Assembly: GCA_021613535.1 (NCBI GenBank)
Contig: CP075495.1
Location: forward strand, 9,176,001-9,240,000
Direction: 5' to 3'
DNA: 64,000 nt
From: Adineta vaga
Taxonomy: Eukaryota > Animalia > Rotifera
Shown: one piece after another, positions 51,868 to 64,000 of the stretch
Layout of the letters: each line of letters begins with the position of its first letter
Numbering within the stretch: position 1 is the first letter of the stretch
Translations under genes and position numbers: made by a program
The notes under the pieces: generated by a model
Database searches by the model: none
What the model saw: the letters and a program-made list of their open reading frames with translations, nothing else
Told to the model about the DNA's origin: nothing

Positions 51868-54800
51868 TTATTGACGCGTTACATCATCAAATGAAAGTAA
51901 TTGACTTCCGTAACGTGCGACTTGTTGAAGTAATTCAGTCGATTCTTCAACGGATTCAACTATAAAATCATACGGACGTCCAGCAGCTGATGCTGGTCGA
52001 AAAACAGCACGTTCAACAATTCGTGTTTGAGAAGGTGTTGTTGTTCTCGGACCTGTCTCGCTTGGTGTAACGGATCGTAATCCATTAGATGAATCTTTTG
52101 AAGCTGCGTTGAGTGTGGACACCACTTGTGTTGATGTTGTTGATTGTTGCTCCTGTTGACCTGAACGTGGTGCTAAGATAACACGTTCAACTACACTTGG
52201 TCTAGTTGGAGATAGTGAAAGGAGAGAATCAGGTGCTGGACCAACTACACCATCCATTTCAATTAGAAATTGCGTATAGACACCCATAGGTAAAGTTGTA
52301 CCTTTATAACGAGTGCGTAATTCTTCATTTAGCTGATCGTAGAGACGACTAGGTTTTGTTTGACACATTCGAAAAAGTCGAGTTAAAGCTTTTCCTGACA
52401 TTGCTTCGCATAATGGCATCATTTGAAAAAGATTTAAATCGGATAAAAAGTCAAGTACATCCGTAGGTCTCCATGCATTAATCGAAAGATTACGATAGGA
52501 GGAATTATCGGTTTTACGATTAATATATTCTTCTGGTAAGGAAAATTGATTAGTACCAGTTGTACTTGAAACTGTAGGAGCTACGGTTTTGAGAGTTGGT
52601 GGAATAGGTAATGTAACAGGTGATGTAGGACGTGAATTGGATTTTGATATTACCGATTGTTCTTGTTTTTTATCGACGTCAGTGACGGTAGATGGCATCG
52701 AAGTAGATACAGATGTGGATGTTTGGGACATTGATTGTATAGAACCTTGTTCTTGTGGTTTATTTGCACTATTCGTTATTGAAAACGGGATCTTGTCATC
52801 AGTTGATGTTCGTGATATAGGTTGTCCTGCTGTTTGTTGATTGTTGGCAACTAATAATGCAGGACGTGTGGGAGTAGGAACTGTTGATCTAAATGTAGAT
52901 TGAGCATTTGTTTGTTGTTGTCTATTTGTATTGTTTGATTGGTTACTTGGTGTGATATTAGGAAGAGGTGGTCGGACAACAACACGTACTGTTGGAGCTC
53001 GTGGTGGCATATCTGCAACGACTGGTGTTGACGCAAAAGCAGTATTATTATTTTTCGGTGGTTGAGAAACAGGATTTCTTTGCATATGTTGCATCTTTTG
53101 CTGTTGTTGTGGTTTATTATTAACAGCAGTAGGAATAGAATCAATCGTAGCTGATCGTGGAAGAGAGAATATTCGTGCTTGTTGATATTGTTTATCATCA
53201 ATAGGAAATCCAGTAGAAGGTAGAGTACCATTATTCAATGTTTGTGCAGAATGGTATGTTGTAGATGATGGTGAACGTTTATCAAAGACGGATTCTGTGG
53301 TATATGCAGTCATGCCATTTGGAAATGCTTGTAGATGAGGTTGCCTAGATATTTGTTGTTGCTGCAATTGTTGTTTATTTGAAATAATAGGTACGCCATT
53401 AGTTTTATTACTATTTGACAAAGAAGGCGGAGGAGGAAGTTGTCTTAAAGTCTGTTGTGTTTTTTGGAAGATGTTCGTTGGTGTCCCGAAGGTGGCTATT
53501 ACTACTGGTGCTTGTGCGAGAGAACGCATTTGCGTTTGTGGTCGTTGTTTATCGTTATTATTAGTTCCAGTAGAAGAATTTTCACTATCGATCATTGATA
53601 GTAGAGAAGATTGAAGTGAAGATTGAAGTGATGTTGGTTGAAATTGTTGTGACAGTGATTGTTTTTGTTGCTGTTCATTTATGTTGGTGGACATGGCATA
53701 AGAAACATTGTTCGTAATAGAGGGTTGTATAATAGAATATTTTGCTGTTTTAGATTCATCTAATGTTACAGAGATATCAGAAGATACTGAATCAGATGTA
53801 GAGGATCGTGATAAAGTTTGAATTTGTGCTGATTGTCGTTGTGTTTCAGTGTTAACTGATGCGTTAGAACGAACCGTACCGTTATTTATCATCATTTGTG
53901 ATGCAGGACGAGAAGACTGATAGTGCCGTTGTTGTTGTTGTTCTTGTCTCTCGTCATTGACATATTCTTCTGAAGAGACATGATCACGTGAAGGAGACTT
54001 TGAATTAGGTATTTGTGATTGTTGATTATGATCGATATGTCTATTAGTTGAATCTAATGGCGAGATTGACGGTTGATGAGAAGAGTAGAGTGAAATATGC
54101 GCTTGCTGTTTTTCATATACAAGTGAAACAGCTGAAGGAACAGAAACCGATGTTAAAGTAGTTTGTTGTTGATGCTGTTGTTCGGTATTTAACGATGTCA
54201 TAGATAGAGACATACCATTTGTCAATGGAGCTGTACGAGTATTTGATACTGCTTGTTGTTGATGTTTATCAACAGTAGCAGATGCAGATGGATGAGGAGA
54301 AAAGAAACTAAGTACTGGTGAAGCGGACAAAGAACGTGGTGATGTTTGATGTTCTTGTTGGTATGCTCCATTAATCAATTGAGGCATTGTAGGTGTTCCA
54401 GAAGCCAACGCAGGCGATCTTGTTCGAGGATTCCTCGACGTTTCCCCAGGTTCTTTAGGAAATGTACCGGATGCAACAGAGCCAGGTGTAGAGGATCTTG
54501 AGAGAGAACGTCCCAAAGCTTCTGAATGTTGTTGTTGTTGTTGTTGGTGGTGGTATTGTTGTTGGTATTGTTGTTGTTGCTTATGAATAACTGCATTTGC
54601 CGTAGCAGATGAGGAAATATGCATTTGTGATCGTGAATTAGATTGAATCGGATTTTGTTGTTCTTTAACAAAGCAACCGGACGTAGCAGAACCTATGGAA
54701 CCATATGTTGATGATCTGGAAATATTATGCACTGATATAGCTGAACGCTCATGTCTACTGGCATCCACAGATGGATTAGCAAACATCGAACCAGACATTG

Positions 54801-57705
54801 GAGATCTTGATAGTGAACGCATGGATGCTTGTTGTTGATCTTTATCTAATGGACCTGATATCATCGAGCCAAGAGATCCAAATGTTGATGATCTAGCTAC
54901 GAATTGCATCGGTACTTCTGAACGCTGCACCTTGTTGTCGTTAAAAGGTGCAGCATTCGGGAAAAAACCCAGCGGTGATGAATTCGAATTTTGATGTCTT
55001 GGTATTTGTGGTGGTTGCTGCTGAAGTTGTTGTTTATGAATGATAGACGGTTGATAAACCGTTGAGGCAAAACTATGAACTACATTTGGTCTAGAAAATT
55101 CATTAGGTATGTAAGGTTTATCAACAACAGGTAAAAGAATCGGTGGATTATGAGCATTGTTTGTCAACGTTGGCGGCTTAGATTTGACGTCTACTGATTT
55201 TCGCTTGTGTAGTTGTTGTTGATCTTTAACTTCTTTCAACATCGATTTTGCTGCGACTTTAAATTCAGATGCTGCAAAATCAATATATATACTACTATTC
55301 ACAATAGGAGTTAGCCATTCATCAGGTTTAAATCCAGATCGTAGATTTAATGTAAGTATAGTTCGTTTCGCACTAAATGCATATTCAGCTTCCACTCGAC
55401 AGTAATTATCTCGTTTATACGAATCTGATATACAAAGAATAATAAAATCCGAATTTTCTATAGCTTCTGCGACAGCTTCCATTCCTAAAGTAGAAATACT
55501 CTACATACTATTTTGTATTTCAAAAAAATATTACAGAATAATTTTTTTCTTTTCTTTGAGATACAGTAATAGATACAATCATTTCTCACTTTCATACCTA
55601 TATTTTATCTCTACTGCTCGTTGATTTTACCTTTTCGATGACTATGACTACGATCAAACCAAATATGATGTCCATGATCTATAAGATATTGTTGAATACG
55701 ATAAACAATCTCTTTGTCATTATGAGCATAAGATATCATCATATCATATCTATTTTTCAGATTATCAAGTGTAGTACTGCTTTCATGTTGTTGCTGTTGT
55801 GTTTTTTCAGCCATTAGTTTTCGAAATGGAAGTTCTATTCAGCAACAATGAAAATAATAAAAGAACATTTTTCTATGTTATTTAATAATATACCTTTTGA
55901 AAGTTTCCAAAGAATTCCATCAGCTATTTTTCGTATTCCATTACTTGTTGCTTCATTCGAAACTGTAAAACCACTATTTCGAAGACTACTATAACTATGT
56001 GAACGACGTATTGTATTTTGTTGAGCATTAGGATCAATAATTCTTGGTATACTTTGCATTGAATGAATAAATTGTGAATGTTCACGTAAATGTTGTGCAA
56101 TTTGATCATTAAATGATAAAGTCCATATACATTCCAGTATAACTTCTTTTGATAAGCCATGTAATTTTTCATAATAATCATATAAAATAGGTATTAAACC
56201 TTGATTTAATATTTCAGTTTTAATTTGATCATGATATGCTAAACCTTGACATAACATAAAAAGTGATAGGATATAAGCTTAATTTTCTAGCATTTATTTA
56301 CCTTTTAATGTTTCAACTAATTGTAATATATTACGATCAACATTTTCTGGATTAATACTTTGATTTTGATGTGATTCTTCCCGTGTTTGAATTGATTTAT
56401 CTAATAAACTCGTTGTAGTTGCAAGTAATTTAGGTAAATCATCTTGTGATGTATTAATATCATTATCCGTCATTGTATAAGCAAGTAACATATACGAATT
56501 CAAAACAATGGTTTCAGATGATACAGAAGATAATTTTCGAAATGTTTCTGCTGCATTTCGTTGTTTCATATATTCTAATGCATCAGGTTCATAAACTAAT
56601 ATACTAAAAACAATTAATGTCGCATCAACTAATAATGATTCCATATTCTTCGTTTCAGGATTGATCTTATTAATTAATACCGGTTCATTAAGTAATTGTA
56701 AAAGATGATCAATCAATGCTCGAAAGGGTTCATTTTTTATATGTGAAGAAAAGTAATCTTCAGCATAGATTATTGTTATAATAAGATTATGTACAGCACG
56801 CATCATTGGTCGATGCCATTCATTAACTGTTTTCATATGTTTATTTAAAATTGAAACATAACGTGGTAACATTTTTTCTAAAATTTGTTCAATTAATCTT
56901 TCAATATATGGACCTAAATATAAATAGCAAATCGATAGAAAACAAAAAAAAAACATCTTTTTGTTTCTTTACCATTATAACTCGTAAGAAAATGTGGACA
57001 TCGTATGAGATAGAGTTTTTGTTCTTCAGTAAATCTTGATGTATCACATTTTAAATTTTGAAATAATTTTACATAATGTGATGATGTTAAACAATTAATT
57101 GTTGGTTGAAGTAATCGTTCGAATAATGCTTGATGTAATGATAATGGTAAACGTTCTTGAACATTACAAAATAAACTTAATAAACGTGTTAATTGTTTGA
57201 TTATATTTCGATTTTGATTTGTCTTGAAAATTTTATTCATATGATGTAAACAATTGCCTAATGAATCAAGAAATGAAGCATCGGTTACCCAATGTAAAAG
57301 TTTGGAAACATCATCAGCACGTTCAACAAGATCATGTAGAAGTATTGCACAATTTCTTAGAACATAAATTTCCTGATCATTTAATCGATTTGTTGCGCAT
57401 AATTGTTCGAGAAGATGTCGCATACGATTTCGAACTAGTGTAAAAAAATAATGGGATGGAATTTTTAATAATGCAGGAGGAAATGTTGCATTTAATGTTT
57501 TAACAGATTCATTTAACGAATTCAAATATGTTGTTAAACGTAATGGACTGGAATTTAATTCACGTACAAGATCATCTAATATAGCAGATAATTCTTTCGT
57601 ATCAAGACGATCAGGTTTTCGTCGAATAGTTGAACAATGTGCAGCAATTAATAGAGATGGAGGTGATGGATCTCGTTCACGATTTGTTCGCATTGGTTTC
57701 TCCAT
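51868..57705 (-). CDS. Large ARM-like - TIR - low-complexity - SAM-like protein
   Basis: Helical ARM-like N-terminus (LECIWTLSF, ADGILWKL); TIR YDMMISYAHNDKE..IWFD|GMEAVAEAIENSDFIILCISDSYKRDNYCRVEAEYA; Q/S/T-rich region; SAM-like INAWRPTDVLDFLSDLNL..MSGKAL. Confidence 0.88.
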
Positions 57706-59325
57706 ATATTGTTTGTTTTTACTCGTTTAATATATCTACAAAAATTTTCAATAGACATCAAATTAATGTTTCAGACATGAAATAATGATTGTAATAACTG
57801 TTTTTTATATTTCATTTTGTTGCTTATTCAACTAAATGACTATTTTGCCTTGACATAACCTTGTTTTATCGAATAAAATGTTATAAACCACAGAGGGAAG
57901 ATAGTAATTTTCTCAAGCGTAACATCGTACATCTGCTTAATGTTATATGTATATCTCCTGTTTCTGTCACCTACAACTACCGCATATACACATCAATCCT
58001 TCCTTATTCATAAACGAAATGATTTTATCGGGACAAAAATTTAATCAACGTTATTAGCAAGAAAAAGCAATCATTTTCGTCAATTTCCCTCTAAATACAC
58101 TATGTTTACAAACAAAATTAATCTGATTAGAAATATGAAAGATTTATTTGACGTTTTTTCTTTAATTTCATAGAGTAAACCTAAAACAAAGATGTAATTC
58201 GATATGACAGGTCATTCTCTATTCTCACCTTGGTATCTCTTGCTTTTTTCGCGCTATTCATTGATTACTTATATTTTAACGAAATGAGCGAACGTAAGAA
58301 GAGGAGAAAAAAACGAAATATTCGCAGACCGTAAAATCAAACGTTTTTTTTTCTCTCTCGTCTCCATTTTTATTATATTCATAGATACATGATCATATTG
58401 AGTCATTTCTATCAAGTTCACAGTGAGAAGAAAAAACCGAATTAAATATATTCTGGTATAAGTACCGATTTGAATTAGAATTTTGTTTTTGTTATATTTC
58501 ATTTTGTATATTCGGTTGTTGTAGACAATCATCGTTTTTCATAAACAAACAATCGATGATTTGATTTGTTTTTGTCTATTTTAAGAATACGACAAAGATT
58601 AATGAAATGTGTGATTGTCATGTAGTAGAAATTACGCTTTGTAGTAGTTTATTGCGGATGAATGATTTAAAATAAAATTGTTATGTACTGTAAACAGATA
58701 ATAAATAACAACAACAACAACAACAATAAACGACGATGATAAATTCACATATGAAGGACAACATATAATAGACAATGTTGAAAGTGGTATTGTTTTACCT
58801 TCTATCTCACGATTAGCCTTGCTTCTCATACACAATGACTCTTTTACAAAATATAGATTCATGTCAAAATACACAAACAATTGTCTATCTGAATCTGTCA
58901 TACTTGACTTGAAAAGGTCCAGTAATTATCACGAAATTGGTATCCCCACAATTGGCAGAAAACATTCAAACCAATCGACATTTAAATCTATTCATATAGA
59001 AAAAAGAACAAAGTTTAGAAATGATATTCTTTGCTTGTCTCTTTGCAGATAGCTTGGATGGTAGTAAACATGAACAACAGTCGAAAGGATAAATACACAT
59101 ATTGAAATTTGAAAATTCACAGAATGATTCATATATTGTATGAAAAAAAATGAGTACTTTATTTGTTTGTATTGATTGAGTATAATGAAGAAAAATGTCT
59201 TGTTTGTTTATCATCGAAATAGAATTTTATACATTTAGATTATTAATCAATCCATAGAAATGTTATTCTATTTTCTATTCTTTCTTTTTTATTACTTTGA
59301 TTTCATCTGAAAAAATAACACTGTA

Positions 59326-61597
59326 ATGAATAAACGACATCTTGAAACATTCAAAAATCCTCTTCAACATGTTCGACCATTGACTGTTGATCCAAATCGA
59401 GTTTGTTACTCAAATATATTCATTCTTCATAGATAATATTCATCTAATTTTATTTTAAAAAGCGATTAGAACGCCGTATCATTCATGATACAACAAATAA
59501 TGAACAACGACCAAAAACAAGTGGTTTAGAAATATCAAAAAAACCTGTTTCTGATTTTCATTCTAATTCAACATCGACAAATTTTTCCTTTGCAAGTGAT
59601 GATGATTATGATACAGATTTAGAAGATGATACAAACCATTATCGAGATCATTCATGTATTGGAATCTATGAACATATCTGTAAAAATGAGAAATCTGTAC
59701 CTGTTGGTCACTATTTAAGACATTATAGAGATGATGAAGTTTCTTTACATTTCTATGGTTTAGGACCAAAAGGAATGCGAACATTCATACCAAGTTTAAC
59801 GGTAAAGACTAGAAAGAAGATATTGATCAAAATAAAAATACATTTTCGTAATACTGTTTCAGATGAATCAATATATAACGAAACTTAATTTAGCAAGTAA
59901 TGGACTTGGTGATGAAGGTGCGATTTATTTATCACATATACTTCGTGATAATACAGCAATTGTTGATGTTGATCTTTCACAAAATTTTATTGCTATTGAT
60001 GGTGCCAGAGAAATATGTGATTTATTTCGAGATAATATTACAATTAATCATCTAAAACTTGAAGGTAGAAAATGATTGTTGTCATTTCGAGATAAATAAT
60101 TTATCTTTTTCCTATGTAGGAAATCTTTTGGATGATGAATGTGCACGGCTTTTTGGTGAACTTATTTCTGTAAGAAAGAAGTTTGCCTATGATAGTTTTA
60201 TATTTTTATATTCATTTTGAAAAATAGAGTAATGGACGATTACATACATTAAATTTATCTAGAAATAAATTTGAATCAGCAAGCGGTACTTATCTAGGTA
60301 AGTAAATAGAATAAATTTAGATCTATACAAATGAAATGTTGATTTCTCTAGGACCAGCTTTAGCTGAAAATACGACAATGCAATCTCTTGATCTTAGTTG
60401 GAATTCAATTAGTGGAAAAGGTGCTGTTGCATTGATAAAAGGTATTCAAGTAAGTACTTTGATTGATGAACAGTGGTCTGCTCACAATGCATTGTGAGAT
60501 GTAAAGAGAATAAAATGAATTTTAAAATTCGTTTTATTGAACAGAAAAATGTTTTTCTGAAAGTTTTAAATTTGGAACATAATGGTTTAGCTGGTGGTGA
60601 ATGTGGTCGTGCTTTGTTTAATGCATTTAAAGAAAATACAACATTACTTGAACTTGATTTAAGGTAATCTCTTATTTAATCGTAACATATTTCTTAAACT
60701 AGGTTCTTTAGTTTTAATCGTTTAACAACTGAACCAGCAACGTATATTGGTCGCGGTCTAGCTAAAAATGAAAGTTTACGAAAAATTTGTGTAACGTTAA
60801 ATCCTATTTTATTATCGAGATTGAAATAAATCTCGTCTCTATTGATCAGTTAACAGGTAATCCACTTGAATCGACAGGATGTTATGCTATATTGAAACCA
60901 TTTGTCGCGAAAAATGCAATTCCAAATAAACTCGAACTTATCGATATAACAGTACAGAATATATGATCTATTTTCTTTTTTTTCATAAAAAAATGACGAA
61001 AAAATATTTATGCATAGGAAATAATGGTAAATCATGATTTTCAAGAACTTTATGAACAAGTAAAAGATCGACGTCCTGATCTGTGCGTCTTAATTGGATT
61101 GCGATCATCAATATTTGTAAATAAAGACAAACCTCGTACTATAACTTCACCGATGAAACGATTGCAAATACTTTTTGAACGTCGATCTCAATTTGATTTT
61201 AAAAGTTTTTTCATCTTGGCTGCTGACGAAGATGTAACATTGAACGGTCGAATTACGGATCGTAATAAATTACAACAAGCAATTCATGAAGTACATTACA
61301 GATTATTCAAAAAGTTCGTAATAATTGATCCATACTATTTCTTTATTTTTAATAGAAACTCAATGTTCACTTTTCTGATGAAGATGTCGACAAAATTTTA
61401 GAAGAAATATCTGATTACGATTGCAAGTAAGTTTTCTCATCCGACATCGTTTATCAACTATCAAATAGATTGATTGTTCTTTTTTAAATAAATATTTTTG
61501 ACATCTTTGTTTTCTTTCATTAAGAAAATTCATTCAATTATTCACTCATAAACCATTGACAGCAACTGGTACATCGAAATGGCGAATTAAACCATAG
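59326..61597 (+). CDS. RI-like leucine-rich repeat protein (LRRC74A/B-like) with degenerate C-terminal EF-hand-like region
   Basis: DDDYDTDLE, YGLGPKGM, ITKLNLASNGLGDEGA, VDLSQNFI, LDLSWNSISGKGA, LNLEHNGL, LDLSFNRL; many short exons. Confidence 0.75.
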
Positions 61598-61906
61598 TTT
61601 TGAGTCATATATCTGACATTATTTGTAATATTTTACTTTTTTTTCTTGTGTACTTTATTATAATTCGCAGCATGTTGTATGGATATCGTGTCATCGACGT
61701 GGTGCTTTTCGATAGGTTGTCAATCATGGATGACATCATTCAACCTTTCTTTTCTTTTCTTTCCTATTTTATCCACTTGTAAAAAAGAAATTCATGACCG
61801 ACTCGTACTCATGAACTGCTTGCTATGAAAGAGTGCTGGGAAAAAATGAAGATATAAAGAGAAAAATAATGTCATATGTAATACTAAATAAGAAAAAACT
61901 TTTATT

Positions 61907-64000
61907 ATGTCAACAGAGAAAGTTTTATGTTGTTTCAAAAACTTAACAATTGATCGAAATGGATCAACGATTCTTGCACGGAATCTTAACAATTTATTAA
62001 ATACAACGACATTTGATATCCTAGAAAAACACGGATCTAACAATAGCACATGCGAATTGGAATGTACTCGTGATGAAGTTGATTTTATTCAGCGTCATTT
62101 AGGAGAATTAGTCACTCGCGATCATCGATCAATATGGTTTACTTATAAAGCAAAACCAACTGATGAACCATCGGAAAATAATCGAAACTATTTTCCAAGA
62201 CCTTTGCCACATAAATCATGGACAGCATTGTATAATTTCGGTGCAATGCTTTCTTATGATATATTTATTGATCATATCAAAAATAATCGATCTCCAGTTT
62301 CAATTAAAATAGATAGGGATATACGTGGACGACCAAAAAGTCTTATTTTGCAAACAAAACATACCGAATATCGAATGATATTTGATTTTAATTCGTTTCA
62401 TACCGATATACTTGTTAAATATGGTGAAGAAAAGAAAAATGAATCTGTTCAAATTGTATTTATGCTTCAAGGATTACCAGAAATTCAGCGAAAATCTAAT
62501 GATGGAAGTTATATCAGGTAAAATAAATATGTTTTCATAGCTGTGCTACTGGTGCATACAATTTACAATCTTGGAAATTCACATGCCAATATTAATATAT
62601 TTAGAATATGTCATAAGTCAAATCAGAATATTCCGGTCGAAACTATCTCTGAATGTTCAGATTTGTGGCTACAGTTTGATCATTCTTCGGATGCAATCGA
62701 ATTTCTTCAACAATTTTCTACTAATAGTAGCATCAAATCTTTTGTTATAAATTATGCTGATTTTCAAAATGTGCCATCTTCACATTACAATCAGTTACAA
62801 TCACCACGATTTAATACCCATGCTTCATCCGATTTGGCTCATTATGCTATAGAAATGCTTCGCTCTCTTGGCTATCTATTTTTAGATAAATATCTTATTT
62901 ATGAAAAATTTCAACACATACTCAATTTAGATCGTGAACAATCGCCGAAGGATTTCTATGAACTATGTTTTAAGTTGTGGGATAAACTTAAAAAGAACCA
63001 CTGTTATTCGTTGGAAGATATCTTTAATGATGACGACAAAAGCAACCGTAAATTATCCAAGACTCGATATCAAATTCCACACTTTATTATCACTCCACTA
63101 CGCAACTTAATTCAACCAATGCATGAAACAATTGGTCATCGAGCTATGCGACAGTATACGAGTGAGAAAGGATTTCAATGGATGCTTGTTTATATTCGAG
63201 ATGAAGATGGTTTGAAAAAGATCAATGATATTAATAATAATCGTGAACTTAGAGAACGATATAAGAATCTTTTGCAAGAAGGTATATGTTTAGGATCATA
63301 TTCATTTGAACAACTAACATATTATTACTTTGGTTCATCGGGAAGTCAAATGAAAAAGCAAGAATTCTGGTTTATGTCACCAGTGAACGAAAGTGCAACG
63401 AATGCTGCATCTAAAGTTAATGAAGCTCGTACAATATTAGGTGATTTGAAGAAAATTCGAAATGTTGCAACCTATATTGCTCGAGTTGGCCTTTATTTGA
63501 GCAGTTCAAAATCAACAGATGTAAGCATAAAATACGATTGTCAACAGTTTTACAAGAAGTATTTCTACAGATACAATTAAAATATAATGATGAACCTTGT
63601 TGGTGGCAATTTCTATTAAATAATTTTGCTCCAAAATGGGTGAAATTTTCATCCGATCAAACAAAATATCCAGCTCATCTAATTGAAGATATCGAATGTA
63701 ATGGATATTGTTTTACCGATGGTGTAGGTCTCATATCATTAGGTTTGGCGCGAAAAGTCGCTACATCTATTGGGATTCGTTTTAGTAAAAACGTCTGTTC
63801 ATCTTTCTAATCAAATATGACTTATCAATTCCTAAATTTTATATAGGATGATATTCCATCTGCATATCAAATTCGTCTTGCTGGATGTAAAGGAATGCTT
63901 TCAATCGATCCTCGGTCAACATGCAATGATTATTATGTCAAAATTCGAAAGAGTATGAAGAAATTTGATAATGATGATTGGACATTGGATGTTGTTGATC
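61907..64000 (+). CDS. Eukaryotic RNA-dependent RNA polymerase (RDR/QDE-1/RRF family), runs off the window end
   Basis: YYYFGSSGSQMKKQEFWF, ATYIARVGLYLSSS, IEDIECNGYCFTDGVGLIS, IPSAYQIRLAGCKGML, IRKSMKKF; the catalytic DxDGD lies beyond the window. Confidence 0.93.

Noticed and set aside
58630-59215. Possible small secreted Cys-rich gene on the minus strand (MNHSVNFQISICVFILSTVVHV...)
   Set aside because: I could not build a consistent spliced frame without stops or non-canonical donors

Overview
AT-rich, gene-dense eukaryotic (animal) genomic DNA with many short (~45-70 nt) GT-AG introns. Gene content and style point to a bdelloid rotifer (inference). I read about 30 genes or pseudogenes: METTL1, an ankyrin-SOCS box gene, EXD3/Mut-7, WDR6, ZDHHC12, a dispanin, TTC17, RNASEK, an opsin, NCBP2AS2, ANAPC15, a macrodomain gene, two ABCG half-transporters, an HPP-family gene, two ETS factors, STT3A, an EF-hand/Death-domain fusion, an ARM-TIR-SAM protein, an LRRC74-like gene and the 5' part of an RNA-dependent RNA polymerase. 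The most striking structure is at 24-32 kb and is mostly invisible in the ORF track. It is a cluster of LUBAC (linear ubiquitin chain assembly complex)-type genes: a HOIL-1/RBCK1 RBR ligase lacking its own LTM/UBL module, plus four SHARPIN-like PH-LTM-UBL paralogues (two intact, one frameshifted, one decayed). They lie as two tightly packed, operon-like arrays diverging from one ~270 bp region. Next to this is a candidate horizontally acquired block (signal-peptide macrodomain, ABCG pair with a gene-conversion tract and a degenerate signature motif, HPP). No rRNA, tRNA, CRISPR array or intact transposon was recognised. Exon boundaries were read by eye and family calls rest on remembered motifs, not database searches.
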